The notes beneath the pieces are model-generated. The model saw nothing but the letters and a program-made list of their open reading frames with translations. It did not search any database and was not told the origin of the DNA. This document shows positions 51,301 to 64,000 of a DNA stretch of 64,000 nt, one piece after another. The DNA comes from Camelus dromedarius (taxonomy: Eukaryota): the NCBI RefSeq assembly GCF_036321535.1, contig NC_087436.1, forward strand, positions 84,756,001 to 84,820,000, given 5' to 3'. Position numbers and translations under genes: made by a program. Each line of letters opens with the position of its first letter. The stretch's first letter is position 1.

Positions 51301-51787
51301 GGAAAAGTGATGTCCAGTTACTAAAAGACTCACCAAATGTTAGATTTTAGAGCTTGAGTTTTATCCAATATATAATGAAGAATTATTGAACATTTTTTAA
51401 ACTGGAAAATTGCATTATGAAGCTAGTTTGGGGAATGTTAATCTGGGTAGTAAAGGATGGAATGGTGAATGGTGGAGAAAATACTATTATTTAGGACAAG
51501 AGATTATTTTAATGATGAGATAAAGGTCTGAGGGAAATGTGAGAAATATTACAGAGGAAGAAAGGGCAAGGCTTGTGAGGGACCAGTCTCTAGGAGGGAA
51601 GGAGTGGAAGGAATCTAGGCAAATGTCAAGGTCTTGAGCTTCAGGGGCTGAAGAGTCTGCACAGGTCCCTGGGTATGTAATCAGGAGGCCACCTTGAAGT
51701 ATGCTGGGACAAGACGGGGACAAGTGGTGGGTGGAAAGTATGGCCTGTGAGATAAGGGGCTCAAGGTGATATTGCAAAAATGCCCTG

Positions 51788-52540
51788 GTGTGGTGCAGTA
51801 AGAGAGTTGTTTGGTCTTTCCCTCAGTCCTGGAACAGAGCTTCTAAGGTCCTTGGAACTTCCTAAGTGAAAAACGTGATAGGAGCATCTTCTATTCTAAT
51901 GAAATGACCCTAAACAGGGCCCTGGATAGCTTCAGGATGAGGGTGGTCACCAGAAAGACTAAGCCTTGATTAGAAGCTTGGAATTTTCAGCCCTGCCCCT
52001 CTCCAACCTCTAAACAGGAGAGAGGGGCTAGAGATTGAGCTAATCACTAATGGTCAATAATTTAAGCAATTGTGCCTACTTACTGGAACTCTGTAAAAAC
52101 CCTAGACAGGGTTTTAGAAATTCCCTAAACAGGAATCAGAAAGCTTCTAGGTTGGTGAGGACACCAGGGGCTGGGAGGGTGGAATACTGGAGAAGGCATG
52201 GAGCTCCCCACTTTCTTGCCCCAAGCATCTCTTCCACCTGGCTGTTCCTGAATTGCATCCTTTATAATACACTGGTAATAGTAAGCAGAGTGTCTTCCTG
52301 AGTTCTGTTCTAGTAAGTTATCTAACCTGAGAGGGAGACAGTCTTGTGGGACTGAGCCCATAACTAGTGGGGTCTGTACTAATGCCAAGCAGTTTGTGTC
52401 TGAATTGAGTTGAATTCTGGACCTCCTGGTGTCCAGAGAGTTGGAGAAGTGGTTTTGGAAAAGATGCCACATATTTGGTGTTGGGGGGGAAAAAACCTCT
52501 CATTTAAAAGTGTTAAAAGTGTTGTGAGTAAAGATAACTT
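51788..52540 (+). mobile_element. MER21-like LTR inserted in L2
   Basis: gatagcttcaggatgagggtggtcaccagaaagactaagccttgattaga; ggggctagagattgagctaatcac; cctttataatacactggtaatagtaag. Confidence 0.7.
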
Positions 52541-54029
52541 ACAGGGAAACAGCTGGATATACAGGTAATGTTTAGGAGAACCTTAGAGATAAATTGAGAT
52601 AAAATTCTGCTCTGTATTTCCAAAACATATTCTGTGTCTCTGGATGTCGCTAACTCTATTGTAGTCACTGATTATCCTGTTCCCCCTTTAGACTGTGAGC
52701 TCCTTACAGTACATAGAAGATTAATGTGTTCTTCTTTGTGCCCATAAGCCAGGCAGGGTGTTTGGCTGTTAACAAAAGACCAGGAAGTACGGATTGAATT
52801 GAACTGAACTGAATGAATCACGCCTTCTGATACAAGTCCCCTATAGCACGGCTACCTCCCTTCAGTGAGTGGCCCAGTGATGGGGCTGAAATGTCGACAT
52901 TACTGCCAACAAATTCAGGTCCTTTCTTTTAAGCAGCAGGGACTCAATTTCCCTATCACCAGGTGTCTGATTGGCTGGCAACCTGATTATTACTGGCAGA
53001 TAAGAAAATGGTTACGATAGTTCCAGTCTGTCTGGAGCCTTGCAGTGGAACCTCTGTAGCAACTTGGCTACAAAATGATCAGATGTTATTCTGAGAAGCT
53101 ATTCTTCAGCAGCAGAGACACGGATAAATTATCATCAAGAAAGGGTAAGTCTGTTTTAAAAACACAACACAAAAGCATCCTGATGATGAAGCAGTTTATT
53201 TTGTGTGTCTACAAAGACATCAGAAACGCTAGTGGGAGGAGCTACACTTTTTGTTACCTTTTGGAGTCAGTAAGAATAGAGATAAGAGTGGAGGCTTTGC
53301 ATGAATAAAAGATTGATAAGCACTAATACATATGTATTTGAAAACCTTCCACATACTCTAAACTTCAAAAGAAACCTTGAAAGTTCTATGGTCAAAGGAC
53401 AAAGGATAAGTTGGGAAAAATGTTACAACTATCACCATAGACCCAATATATAAAAAACTCCTATAAATTGACAGTAAAATGACTAACAAATAATAGACTA
53501 TATTAGAAATATAATATATAATTTTTAATATACAGTTTATTATTACATATGTTATATATAATATGATTTTTAAATAGACAAAGATTTGAAGATGTAATTG
53601 CTCAAATTGCTCTTTGTCATTTGGAAAACACTCAAACTCACCGAAAATAAGAGAAATGTAAATTCAAACCAACAAAGATGTGAAGGATGGGTAGGTAGCC
53701 AAGTGAAAGGTGGAGAAAGACAGTAAGTGAAGATATTAATAAACCAATATTAACCGTTGGGTTTGAGCACTTGTTAGATTCTGTTCTAAGTGCTGTGCGT
53801 GCTTTACAGGTATTATTTCATTTAATCACCATAATAACCCTATGAAGTAGGAAGTATTGGTATCAGTATCCCCATTTTACAGAGGACATTAAGTAATTTA
53901 CCAGAAATCACAAAGTAATTGATAGAGCCTTGACTTCAACTCTGGAAGTTAAAAACAACTTTGAATTTGGCAGACTATCAAGGAAGGGAACTCTATAGGA
54001 CAATGGCTAGAAAGAGAATATTCAGATGG

Positions 54030-54480
54030 TGGCCAGTTAAACTTGGTGGAGACAGAGTTGTCAGGGTCCTAAAATGTCAACTAGGCAGTCTCCCACATCA
54101 ACTACAGATTTCTTCCTCAACCTCTCCAACAGATGGCCATCCCAGCTGCCACCTGACTACTTCCAATGACAAGAGGACTCACTACTTTTCCAAGCAGCTC
54201 ACTGCATTGCTGAAATCTTTGTTAGAAAAATTCTTGTTTATACGAAGCTAAAATCTGCCTCTCCTTGTGTGTGAGCCTTTTGTTTTGAGCAATAAAAAGA
54301 AAGTAATTTTTCCCTCATAGGTAGGATGACCCTTCAGAATACCCCAGATCCTTCTACCTTTGCTTGCGAGTCATGGTCTCCAAGACCATCACTTATCTGG
54401 CTACCTCCTCTGGCATAGAAACACTCTAGTTTCTCAGTTTCTTACTGAAATTTATGCCCAGAAATGGTTACGTCAGGTTA
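54030..54480 (-). mobile_element. L3/CR1 fragment
   Basis: gatggccatcccagc...acttccaatgacaagaggactcactact...gttagaaaaattcttgttta...gctaaaatctgcctc. Confidence 0.6.
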
Positions 54481-54677
54481 GAACCGGGGGCTTAGATATA
54501 TTTGTTTCCCTTGATATATCTGCACAGTAATTTCAGTGTGTATCAACACAGCCTAAAATCACATTAAACTGTTTTGTAACTGAGTCACATTCTCCAGCGA
54601 AGAATCATGCACAAGCCTCTTTCTATGGCTGATCAGTTTTTAATATCTATGTTTATTTCTATTATCCTGAATGCATA

Positions 54678-55330
54678 TGTGAGGTTTCTGGAGCAGAGAT
54701 CAGCTCTTGTTCCTTATATCAGGAGCTATCCTTGCCCAACCCCCAGGGTGAGATGGAGTCAGATGTCACCTGACATTCACCGGGTTCTGTGCTGCAGGAG
54801 AGGAAGCACCTGCCCCCAGTCAGGAATCAGAGAGTATATATATGAGAGGAATAACTCTCTCTCCCTTCCTCCCTGAGAAAGGGAGAGAAAGATTCTGCCT
54901 AGTTAACACTAATTTTCCTTGGGAAGAGAAGGGAAAAGTTCCTGGGCTATTACCTTCTGGAATATAAATAGATGTCTGGGGGGGAGGCGAAGACCAGAGA
55001 AGCCTCTCCTGGTTTACACCTCCTGGGACGTCTCCTTGGTTGCAGGTTTGGCCCCCTTTGAAATGTAAACACATACCTCCAGGGAGGTAAATCTCTCCAG
55101 AGCTGCCTCACCAGCTATTCAATCATAGTCATAATTTAACTCCCGATGCTGGTTCTTTAACTCAGGTTCTGGTAAAACTTGCTCAGAAAGTCCTAACTGT
55201 ACAGAAGTGTGAAAATACTCACTTGCTGACTTAGGCTCCAAATCTTTCCCTAGGCCCAGACTGTCGCGCTCTCTCTCTGTCTCTCTCTACCTCTCTCTCT
55301 CACTTATCATGGGTTCCAGGGGCTCAACCT
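54678..55330. mobile_element. Old ERV-type LTR (family uncertain)
   Basis: tgtgaggtttctggagcagagatcagctc; aggtaaatctctccagag; ctttgaaatgtaaacac. Confidence 0.45.
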
Positions 55331-56371
55331 GGGTGTCGGTCAGTCAAAATGCATGAATGTCGGTCAGTCAAAATGTATCAGAATGCCTGACTAAGAACTG
55401 GTTGAGTAATAAAAGTATCTTGTGGTTTCACTTGACAAAATACCCGACAGTAGTGGGTCCTAGTTTGGTTTGAGATGCAATAAATGCCACTGAGACCTGA
55501 CCACTTTTCACGCTTCTGCTGTCTCTCCTCAGTGGGTGGCTTCCGTCCTCAGGCCTTTTGCCCCGTGGCCACAGGATGGCTGTCACAAGTCCAAGAAACA
55601 GGTCCACATGCATCAGCACTGAAAACAGGAAGTGAGGGCAGAGGGCAGGGATTTCACAATAAGAAAACACCAGGTTTTTCCTCACAGGCCCCCCTCTCGT
55701 CAGACAGAAATGTCTCCCGGAATGCACTAGTGGAGTTCCCTTTATTGGCCAGAACGGGGTTCCACATCCACCCACCCCGAGGGCAGTCACTGGCCAAGAT
55801 GGCCTGAATCAGTTATGACCTATTCTCACACCAAATCAGGGTTCTGTTAACAAGTGTAAGCAAATGTTAGAAGTGACGCCGGAATTTTTGGACAGCTTCT
55901 CTCTTCATCTCAAATCAAGAGAAGGAGACATAAAGAGACCACTTAAAATGTATCTCTTGAACAAGGGAGAGACCCTGACTTGAAGGCACCCTCTCAGACT
56001 TTGTTGCATCTTTTCCACAGCCAGGTATGAATCTCATGTGAGAGATCTGGGTCCTGTGCCAGATCCTATGGACTGAGTCCCTTGGCATCCACTCTAGGCC
56101 CTGGCATGCCTTCCTGTTTGAGAAGCTGGAAAGCTAAGTTTTGTGTTTCCTGGGTGTCTTGAGCTGAAGTTCCACCATCATCTGCACTCATATGAGACTG
56201 GCATTAGGAACTGGATGAGGAGGGGGAGGGCAGTGTGAGAGGCGTCCACTAGACTGGAATGGGTTGTGGAGGAGGTAGCTTCAGGAGCTGTCTGCAGCAT
56301 TGGTGGAAGCTTTCCTGACCACAAAGGAGATGTGATCTTGGAATGGGAGCTGTTTCAAGAAGCTTTGCCTA

Positions 56372-57131
56372 CGTGGAAAAAAGGGAACCCTCCTACACTG
56401 CTGGTGGGAATGCAGTTTGGTGCAGCCACTGTGGAAAACAGTATGGAGATTCCTCAAAAGACTAGGGATAGACTTACCATGTGACCCAGTAATCCCACTC
56501 CTGGGCTTATATCCAGAAGGAACCCTACTTCAAAAAGACACCTGCACCCCAATATTCATAGCAGCACTATTTACAATAGCCAAGACATGGAAACAGCCTA
56601 AATGTCCATCAACAGATGACTGGATAAAGAAGATGTGGTATATTTATACAATGGAATACTATTCAGCCATAAAATGACAACATAACGCCATATGCAGCAA
56701 CATGGATGTCCCTGGAGAATGTCATTCTAAGTGAAGTAAGCCAGAAAGAGAAAGAAAAATATCATATGAGATCGCTTATATGTGGAATCTGAAAAAAAAG
56801 GAAAAAGACAAATGAACATAAATACAAAACAGAAACCAGAAACAGACTCATAGACATAGAATACAAACTTGTGGTTGGCAGGGGGAGAGGGGTGGGAAGG
56901 AACAGACTGGGAGTTCGAAATTTGTAGATACTGACTGGTATATATAGAATAGATAAACAAGATTATACTGTATAGCACAGGGAAATATATACAAGATCTT
57001 GTGGTAGCTCACAGTGAAAAAGAATGTGATAATGAATATATGTATGTTCATGTATAACTGAAAAATTGTGCTCTGCACTGGAAATTGACACAACATTGTG
57101 AACTGACTATAACTCAATTAAAAAAAAAAAA
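56372..57131 (+). mobile_element. Young 5'-truncated L1 inserted into an older LTR
   Basis: Peptide [32 protein letters not shown]...[40 protein letters not shown]; poly-A; perfect 15-bp TSD aagaagctttgccta at 56357-56371 and 57132-57146. Confidence 0.93.
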
Positions 57132-59109
57132 AAGAAGCTTTGCCTAGAGCCTGTTCTTCTAGCCCTTCCAAACAATTTTGTAAGCCTCCAACAACCTGGT
57201 TCTAAGTCCGTTTCCACTGAAACGATCTAGAGGGGTTTCTCTGGTCTGCAGCTAAACCCTAACAGAAAAAGGTCCTGTCTAGGAAGGTCTGCAAGAAGAC
57301 AAGGAGTCTTCTGCTGAGGGAAACTGGGGTGATGCCAGTTCCAGGGGTAGGGAAGGAGTCAGAGACTGTTGGGAATTGAGATGTATTGACTCTTGGCAAA
57401 TGAGCTGCAGGTCAGAGACCCTCAGGGAAGGGAGGAGGGCCTCCAAAGCATCCACAACAACAAAGAGAGAGTCAGGTTTAAATACCGGAGAGCAGGCGTT
57501 GGTTCACAGAAATACTGGTCAAGCAAGGACTTTCCTATCCCTTTCCCTCATCTCCCCCCTCCCCGTCCTTTAGCAATCTGGGGAGAGGAGGAATTGAAGT
57601 GGGGATGGCGAAAGAGGAAAGCAAGGGACCACTTCCCCTTTCTTCTCTGCCTGAGGTGGGCTCAAGCTGGAGAAGGGTGAGAACATTGACCACTGAACCA
57701 CGTTCACAGTTCTGCTTATGACAGGGAACTCTCATAGGTATTTCAATTACTAACCAAGGACTTACTCTACTTCAAAGACACCAAAAAAGTCATGGATTCT
57801 TCCCAAGTTATTATCTGGGGGCAGGAAGAAGAACTGGATGAGAGGAAATAAAAATTAACGTTTTGAGCCATTCTGAGCAAAGTATACTTACTATCTAAAC
57901 CTCGAACATAAATAAACATAGTGGCTTCTTTTTTTCTCAAAGTGGGAGAAACCATCTGAAGAGGAAGATTCTGATACACAGAGAACCTGCATCACCTCAC
58001 GCTTTCTAACTTACCAAAACTGGGTGATAACAAACAGAATTTTCAGAAATATCCTCTTCAGAGATTGAAAGCCCCAAGAAATGGTATAGATATATAAAAA
58101 TTTTCAACGAGAGTTGGAGAAATCAATAGATGCCAACCTGGCGATATTTCAAGAAATACTCTTAAGTTTCCAGTTGATGAAATGCCAAGTCAAAATCAGC
58201 CATGCTCCCTCACTCTGCCCCTCAGCCCACGTGCACTGGTTTCACTGGGGGTACCAAATCCTGGGTGGGATCCTCTACGGGTCTGATCTAACACATTAAT
58301 TACTTTGCTGCATCGTGTTCCCATAGGAGCTTCTCTTCATAGCATTTAATACTCTGTATTCTAATTGATTTTTTAGATTTACTTAGCAGGATTGTGAATT
58401 TAGTTCACACCACATCTCAGCAGTATGGAGACATTTTGTTAACGAATTCAGCCTTCTTCCTCCAGGTCCCCACCTGCTGGTAAGGAGGAAAAACAATTAA
58501 TGTCTAAAACTGACCCAGTAATTTAAACACTCCATTTAAAGGGGGATGTTAGTCTGTCTAGGAAAATAAAAGCTCAGTCTGTCAGATTTCTCACCCTTTC
58601 GGCTCTAAGAGATGAACTGGGTGTATGTGTGTGGGAGATGTGAATAGTTGCCTTCTTAGTCTTGCTTGGCCACATATGAAAGAATGGAGGCTTTATAAAT
58701 TAGGAAAGGCATCAGATTAATAAAAATCCATTTCTTAGTCTTTGGGCGACCCTCTGAATTACCCAAGTGAGGACATTATAATCACTGTGCCCCTCCATGT
58801 GTTATAGTGATAATGATGCTTGTCTCACAGGGTTGCTACAGGCTAATAAGCCAACATTAGCAAGTTATTGAAGACTTTGTGATAATAGCAGCACAGAGAC
58901 CTTGATGAGATGCCCTCCATCCTGAGAAAATGTGTGGTGCATGTGTGGTGCATGTGTGGTGGGAGTTGGATGGGGTGAGGAATGGATCCCTTTTTGGTGA
59001 TGTCGCTTCCTTGGCCCAAGGACGTTGCTCCCTTTCATCCACTCCCCCTGGAGAGATGAGTCTGATGTCTCAACCATTGTCAAGAAACGCATGATTGATT
59101 CATTTCTTT

Positions 59110-59345
59110 TTAAAATTAAGTGCTTATTAGCACTGTGCTAACCATTGTATGGACATTACCTGGTTTAATCTTTACAATGAACCTACGAGAGGAGTACTAC
59201 TCTTTCCATCTTACAAATAAGGATATTATGGCACAAAGAGGCTAACCTACTTGAACAAGATCATACAACCTGGAAGAGCCAGGATTTGAACCCAGTTCTG
59301 TCTGACTTCAGAGTCTGAGCTCTTACCTCAATGTTACACTGCTAC
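59110..59345 (-). mobile_element. MIR
   Basis: tttaatctttacaatgaacctacgag...ccatcttacaaataagg...gagccaggatttgaacccagttctgtctgacttcagag. Confidence 0.75.
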
Positions 59346-61871
59346 TGATTTTCATGGATGCTGTCCAATGGGTGGGTGGCAGGAGCTCAGTGATGTGTGT
59401 CCCATTTCCTTTATAAAGTCTTCCATGGCTTTGTCAGACAACAGATATATTTAACTCTTCTGAGCTATTACGACATTTACTGTCTGTATCATTCACTTGG
59501 CACCTATCATTCATTGTTTAATATAGCTGATTTGATTTTGTATATATACATGTTTTAGCCTGCATTACTTGGGGAGTTTTGGTTGCAAGCTACAGAAACT
59601 AACTTCAGCTAACCTAAGGGCTCCCTACCACTCCCTGATAACAACATGGGAAGACTGTTGGGTGAGTCATAGAATCAAAGGAGAACAGAACCACTTGATC
59701 TTGGGAGAAATAGACCTGGACAACGTTGGGGATCTTTATAGAAGACATTTACTGGTGGTCTCTTTGGGTGCGACCATCAGAATGATTTACTGCCAAGTGC
59801 CTTTATTCCACCCAGTGTCACTCTGCCCAAGATTCAAATTCCTGGCAGAGGCAGAGAGTTTGACTGGTCCAGCTAGTCATCTGCCTAATCTTTGTAGAAC
59901 ATGAGGACTGTGATGTACAGTCCTACCAGGATCCAGAATGACTCTACTATGATATAGAATGAGAAAAAATTCAATTCATTTCTAGAGTATTTTGATAAAT
60001 TTTATACCCCCGATGATAAGCAGTACTGTAATTTTTCAGGCGGAAAAAAAATTGTGATCCAGACAAGGCTAAGAGGCAAGAAATTATTTAAAAGAAAAAG
60101 GACCCTGAGAATAAGCTGAGAAATCACAATTCTGAAGAGGATGCCCTAGGGAGAGACACATAATTTCAGGCTCCATCAATAAAAGTCAAAATATTCAGTC
60201 TATTACACTCATTAACTATTCCTCCTCTCTCTTCTACTTAGAGAACTATTTGCTGTGATAAATTTTATGGTTTGGTCAATCTCACAGCAGATTATTCCCC
60301 TTGAATAAACAAACATGGAAATGATTTTTTATGAGCCCAAGTTAGATATAGTACATTTATAGCTATAGTTAATTTAAAGTAAACTTGGTTAAAAAACACT
60401 AAGTAAAGTTATAATGAGTAAATTTTAATACAAACCACTTCAAGTTTTTTTTTTCAAATTAAATTTAGGACCTACAAACTTAGGAAAGCATATAGTGTTT
60501 TGATTTAAATATTGTATTATTCCACTACTTAGAAATCCTTTTAGAAATTTCTCTTTCCCTAAGTGCTATAATATTGACTGATCAATCTGGACCTCAATGT
60601 GGTTGCAGAGAATCGATATTGGCTTAGTTACAGCTTGGCAAAGCTTGGGGGGTAAAATAAGAGCTGCTGGTGTAGGAAAAAACGTCCAAAGATAAAGGGC
60701 TCTTTAAAGTATAACAAATACAAGATATGTTAAATTCTAAGGAAACAATGTAAAATTTCTTCCAAAGCACTCTCAAGCATTCTGCACGTATTATTTAAAT
60801 CATCTACAAAACATAAAAGGATCATGACTGTGCAATGAAAATTAGATAGAAACCTCTAATGATTAGTAGTAACATATAGGTAACCATTAAAGACGTTAAA
60901 TCCAATACCCTAAAATTTCAAATAATTGCACCTACTCTACTGTTTATATACATATTATTTTTTAATATATTTGCTATTAATACACACACATCATTCCATG
61001 ATTTACATTTTTTTTGATGCCTCAGGTGATCGTCCTACCTTCATGATCACAGCTGCCGCAGCTCTCATTACCTCCTATCACAACAGAGCAAGAAGGGAGA
61101 AGACACACAGGCAAAAGAAGACACGTACATCTTACGAACTTTCATCAGCGTGGAAGATCTTTTCTAGGACCCATTAGCAGATTTTCTCTTACGTCTCACT
61201 GACCAAAACTGGGTCACATAGATGCACACTCCTAAACTAAATACAGGCAAAGGAAAATTGGATAGTCATGGCCAGCTTAGACCAGGGCCACCATCTGCCG
61301 TTGTAATCACCTGGGAAGTTAACAAAAACCTGGGCCCTTCCTTCAGAGTTCCTTATTTATTTGGCTGAGGTGGGGTGCAGATATTGGCGGTTTTAAACAT
61401 TTCCCCAATGACTGTAATATGTAGCAGGTTGAGATCCAATGGTTTATGCCATCTTGATTTTTCACTTTTGTCTGGCATGTTCCTACCCTGTGACAAGTAG
61501 AGCTCTGTCATCGAGGAAGAGTAGGCAGACCCCACAGACCACAGTGGCCATCAGAGGACCTGACAGAAGTAGATCTAGAAAACTCTCTTCCCAAACAGAG
61601 CATATCTGAAATCTACAGAAGACATTGTTTATTTAGGCCCTCCATGAATTAATTCAACTCATCAAGACCATATTTTATAAGCTTAAGACAGAGAGGTCAG
61701 TACCATATCTACCCATATGTAAAAGCCTAATGCATGACAGTATATCCATTGAATTATCAGTGGTGAAGTATGGGCCAATTATAAATGATGTACAAGATGC
61801 TTGTTAAAATAAAAAAAAAAGAATCTTCACCCACTATCTTATACAAAACAGAATTCCAGACAGAGCTAGTG

Positions 61872-62910
61872 TTTATTTATTTATTTGCTGTTTTTATTTT
61901 ATTTTGTTTTTTTATTGATGTGTAGTTGATTTCAGGTGTGCAGCAAAGCAGTTCAGTTATACATATACATATATTTTCAGATTCTTTTCCATTATAGCTT
62001 ACTACAAGAAACTGAATATAGTTCCCCGTGCTATACAGTAGGTCATTATTGTTTATTTTATATGTAGTAGTGTGTATCTGTTAATCCCAAAGTCCTAATT
62101 TATCCTTCCCTTTACCCTTTCCCCTTTAGTAGCCATAGTTTGTTTTCTATGTCTGTGAGACTATTTCTGGTTTGTAAATAAAATGTGTATCTTTCTGTAG
62201 ATTACACATATAAGTGATAGCATATTTGTATTTGTATTTGTCTTTCTCTGATTTACTTAATAAGATAATCTCTAGGTCCATCCATGTTGCTGCAAATGGT
62301 ATTATTTCATTCTTATGGCTGAGTAATATTCCATTATATATATATATATATATATATATGTATTTTATATATATATGTATATATATAATATATGTATCAT
62401 ATCTTCTTTATCCATTCATCTTTCGATGGACATTTAGGTTGTTTCCATGTTTTGGCTATTGTAAATAGTGCTGCTGTGCACATTGGGGTGCGTGTGTCTT
62501 TTCAAATTACAGTTTTCTCTGGATATATACCCAGGATTGGGATTGCTGGGTCATATGGTAAGTCTATTTTTAGTTTTCTGAGGAAACTCCATACTGTCCT
62601 CCATGCTGGCTGCACCAAACTACATTCCCATCAACAGTGTAGAAGGGTTCCTTTTCTCCACCTCCTCTTAGGATTTATCATTTGTAAACATTTTAATGAT
62701 GGCCATTTTGACTGGTGTGAGGTGATACCTCATTGTAGTTTTGATTTGTATTTCTCTCATAATTAGTGATGTTGAACATCTTTTCAGGTGCCTATTGGTC
62801 ATCTGGATGTCTTCTATGGAGAAATGTCTATTTAGGTCTTCTGTCCATTTTTTTGATTGGGTTGTTTGTTGGTTTTTTTTTTTGATATTAAGCTGTATGA
62901 GCTGTTTGTA
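61872..62910 (-). mobile_element. 5'-truncated L1 (3' end), containing a (TA)n tract at about 62335-62392
   Basis: T-rich tail, then the antisense L1 3'UTR and ORF2 end (tccatccatgttgctgcaaatgg; gatacctcattgtagttttgatttg). Confidence 0.88.
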
Positions 62911-63920
62911 TTAATTGAAGTATAGTCATTTACAATGTTGTGTTAATCTCTGGTGTACAGCATGGTGATTCAGTTATACACACACACACATATATTCTTC
63001 ATATTCTTTTTCACTGTAGATGACTACAAGATATTGAATATAGTTCTCCATGCTATACAGTAGGGCCTTGTTCATTTATCTATTTTATATATAGTGGTTA
63101 ATATCTGCAAATCCCAAACTCCCAATTTATCCCTCCCACCCTTTCCCCCCGGTAACTATAAGTTTGTTTTCTATGTCTGTGATTGTGTTTCCATTTTGTA
63201 AATAAGTTCATTTATGTCATTTTTTCAGATTCCACATGTAAATATGTGGTATTTGTCTTTTTCTTTCTAGATTACTTCACTTAGTATGATAATCTGTAGG
63301 TCCATCCATGTTGCTGCAAATGGCATAATTCCATTCTTTTTATGGCTGAATAGTATTCCATCATTTTTATATTATATACATATGCATATTACCCAGTCAT
63401 CTGTTGATGGACATTTAGGTTGTTTCCGTGCCATGGCTATTGTAAATAGTGCTGCTGTGAACACTAGGGTGCATGTATCTTTTTGAATTAGAGTTTCCTC
63501 CAGATATATGCCTAGGGGTAGGATTGCTGGATCATAGGGTAAAGTCTGTTTTCCACAATGGCTGCACCAAACTACCAACCCACCAACAATGTAGGTGGGT
63601 TCCCTTATCTGCACAACATCTCCAGCATTTGTTTTTGTAGACTTTTTAATGATGGTCATTCTGACTAAGGTGATACCTCATTGTGGTTTTGATTTGCATT
63701 TCTCTGATAATTAGCAATATTGAGCATTTTTTCATGTACCTATTGGTCATTTGTATGTCTCCATTGAAGAAATGTCTGTTTAGGACTTCTGCTCATTTTT
63801 TATTGGGTTGTTTGTTTGTTTTTTGTTATTGAGTTGTATGAGCTGTTTGTATATTCTGGAAATTAAGCCTTTGTCAGTTGCATTGTTTGCAAATATTTTC
63901 TCCCATTCTGTAGGTTGTCT
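62911..63920 (-). mobile_element. Second 5'-truncated L1 in tandem with the previous one; older L1 fragment follows to the window end
   Basis: A new 3' end starts ttaattgaagtatagtcatttacaatg; peptide LPYDPAILPLGIY...[16 protein letters not shown]...[11 protein letters not shown]. Confidence 0.85.
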
Positions 63921-64000
63921 GGATCTGTCCATTTCTGATAAAGATGTACTGAAGTCTCCAACTATACTAGTGATTCATCTACTTCCCCTTGCAGTTCTAT

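Noticed and set aside
50773..51336. 187-aa minus-strand ORF
   Set aside because: Non-ATG start, spans (AG)n low-complexity and L2-like sequence, no recognisable domain.
60822..60870. IAQS* on the minus strand resembling the C-terminus of EXOC1, the expected upstream neighbour
   Set aside because: Only four residues match; the preceding codons (IRGFYLIF) do not resemble EXOC1. No EXOC1 exon was found in the window.
1..64000. CRISPR arrays, operons or other prokaryote-type systems
   Set aside because: The sequence is mammalian intron/exon DNA; no regularly spaced repeat-spacer structure was seen.

Overview
Mammalian genomic DNA, AT-rich and dense in repeats. It is most likely camelid (inference): three tRNA-Ala-derived vic-1-type SINEs are present and I saw no Alu, Bov-A, BovB or PRE1 elements. 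The window holds the 5' two-thirds of the centriole gene CEP135 on the minus strand. A CpG-island promoter and non-coding exon 1 lie near 42.1-42.3 kb. Fourteen coding exons (exons 2-15, 39370 down to 2485) all have GT-AG boundaries and splice into an uninterrupted 2009-nt frame (669 codons + 2 nt); the gene continues beyond position 1. The 22 kb upstream (42.6-64 kb) has no recognisable gene and is mostly L1, L2, MIR, MaLR/ERV LTRs and DNA transposons. I found no new multi-gene system. The most interesting signals concern CEP135 isoform control: (1) an intact 16-codon intron-6 read-through matching the human CEP135mini tail, with an L1 inserted 45 nt past its stop; (2) a SINE whose target-site duplication copied the exon-8 splice donor and which brings four sense AATAAA hexamers; (3) a spliced uORF; (4) an RFX X-box/CHR/YY1 cluster in the promoter. 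Repeat family names were assigned by eye, and repeat boundaries without TSDs are approximate.
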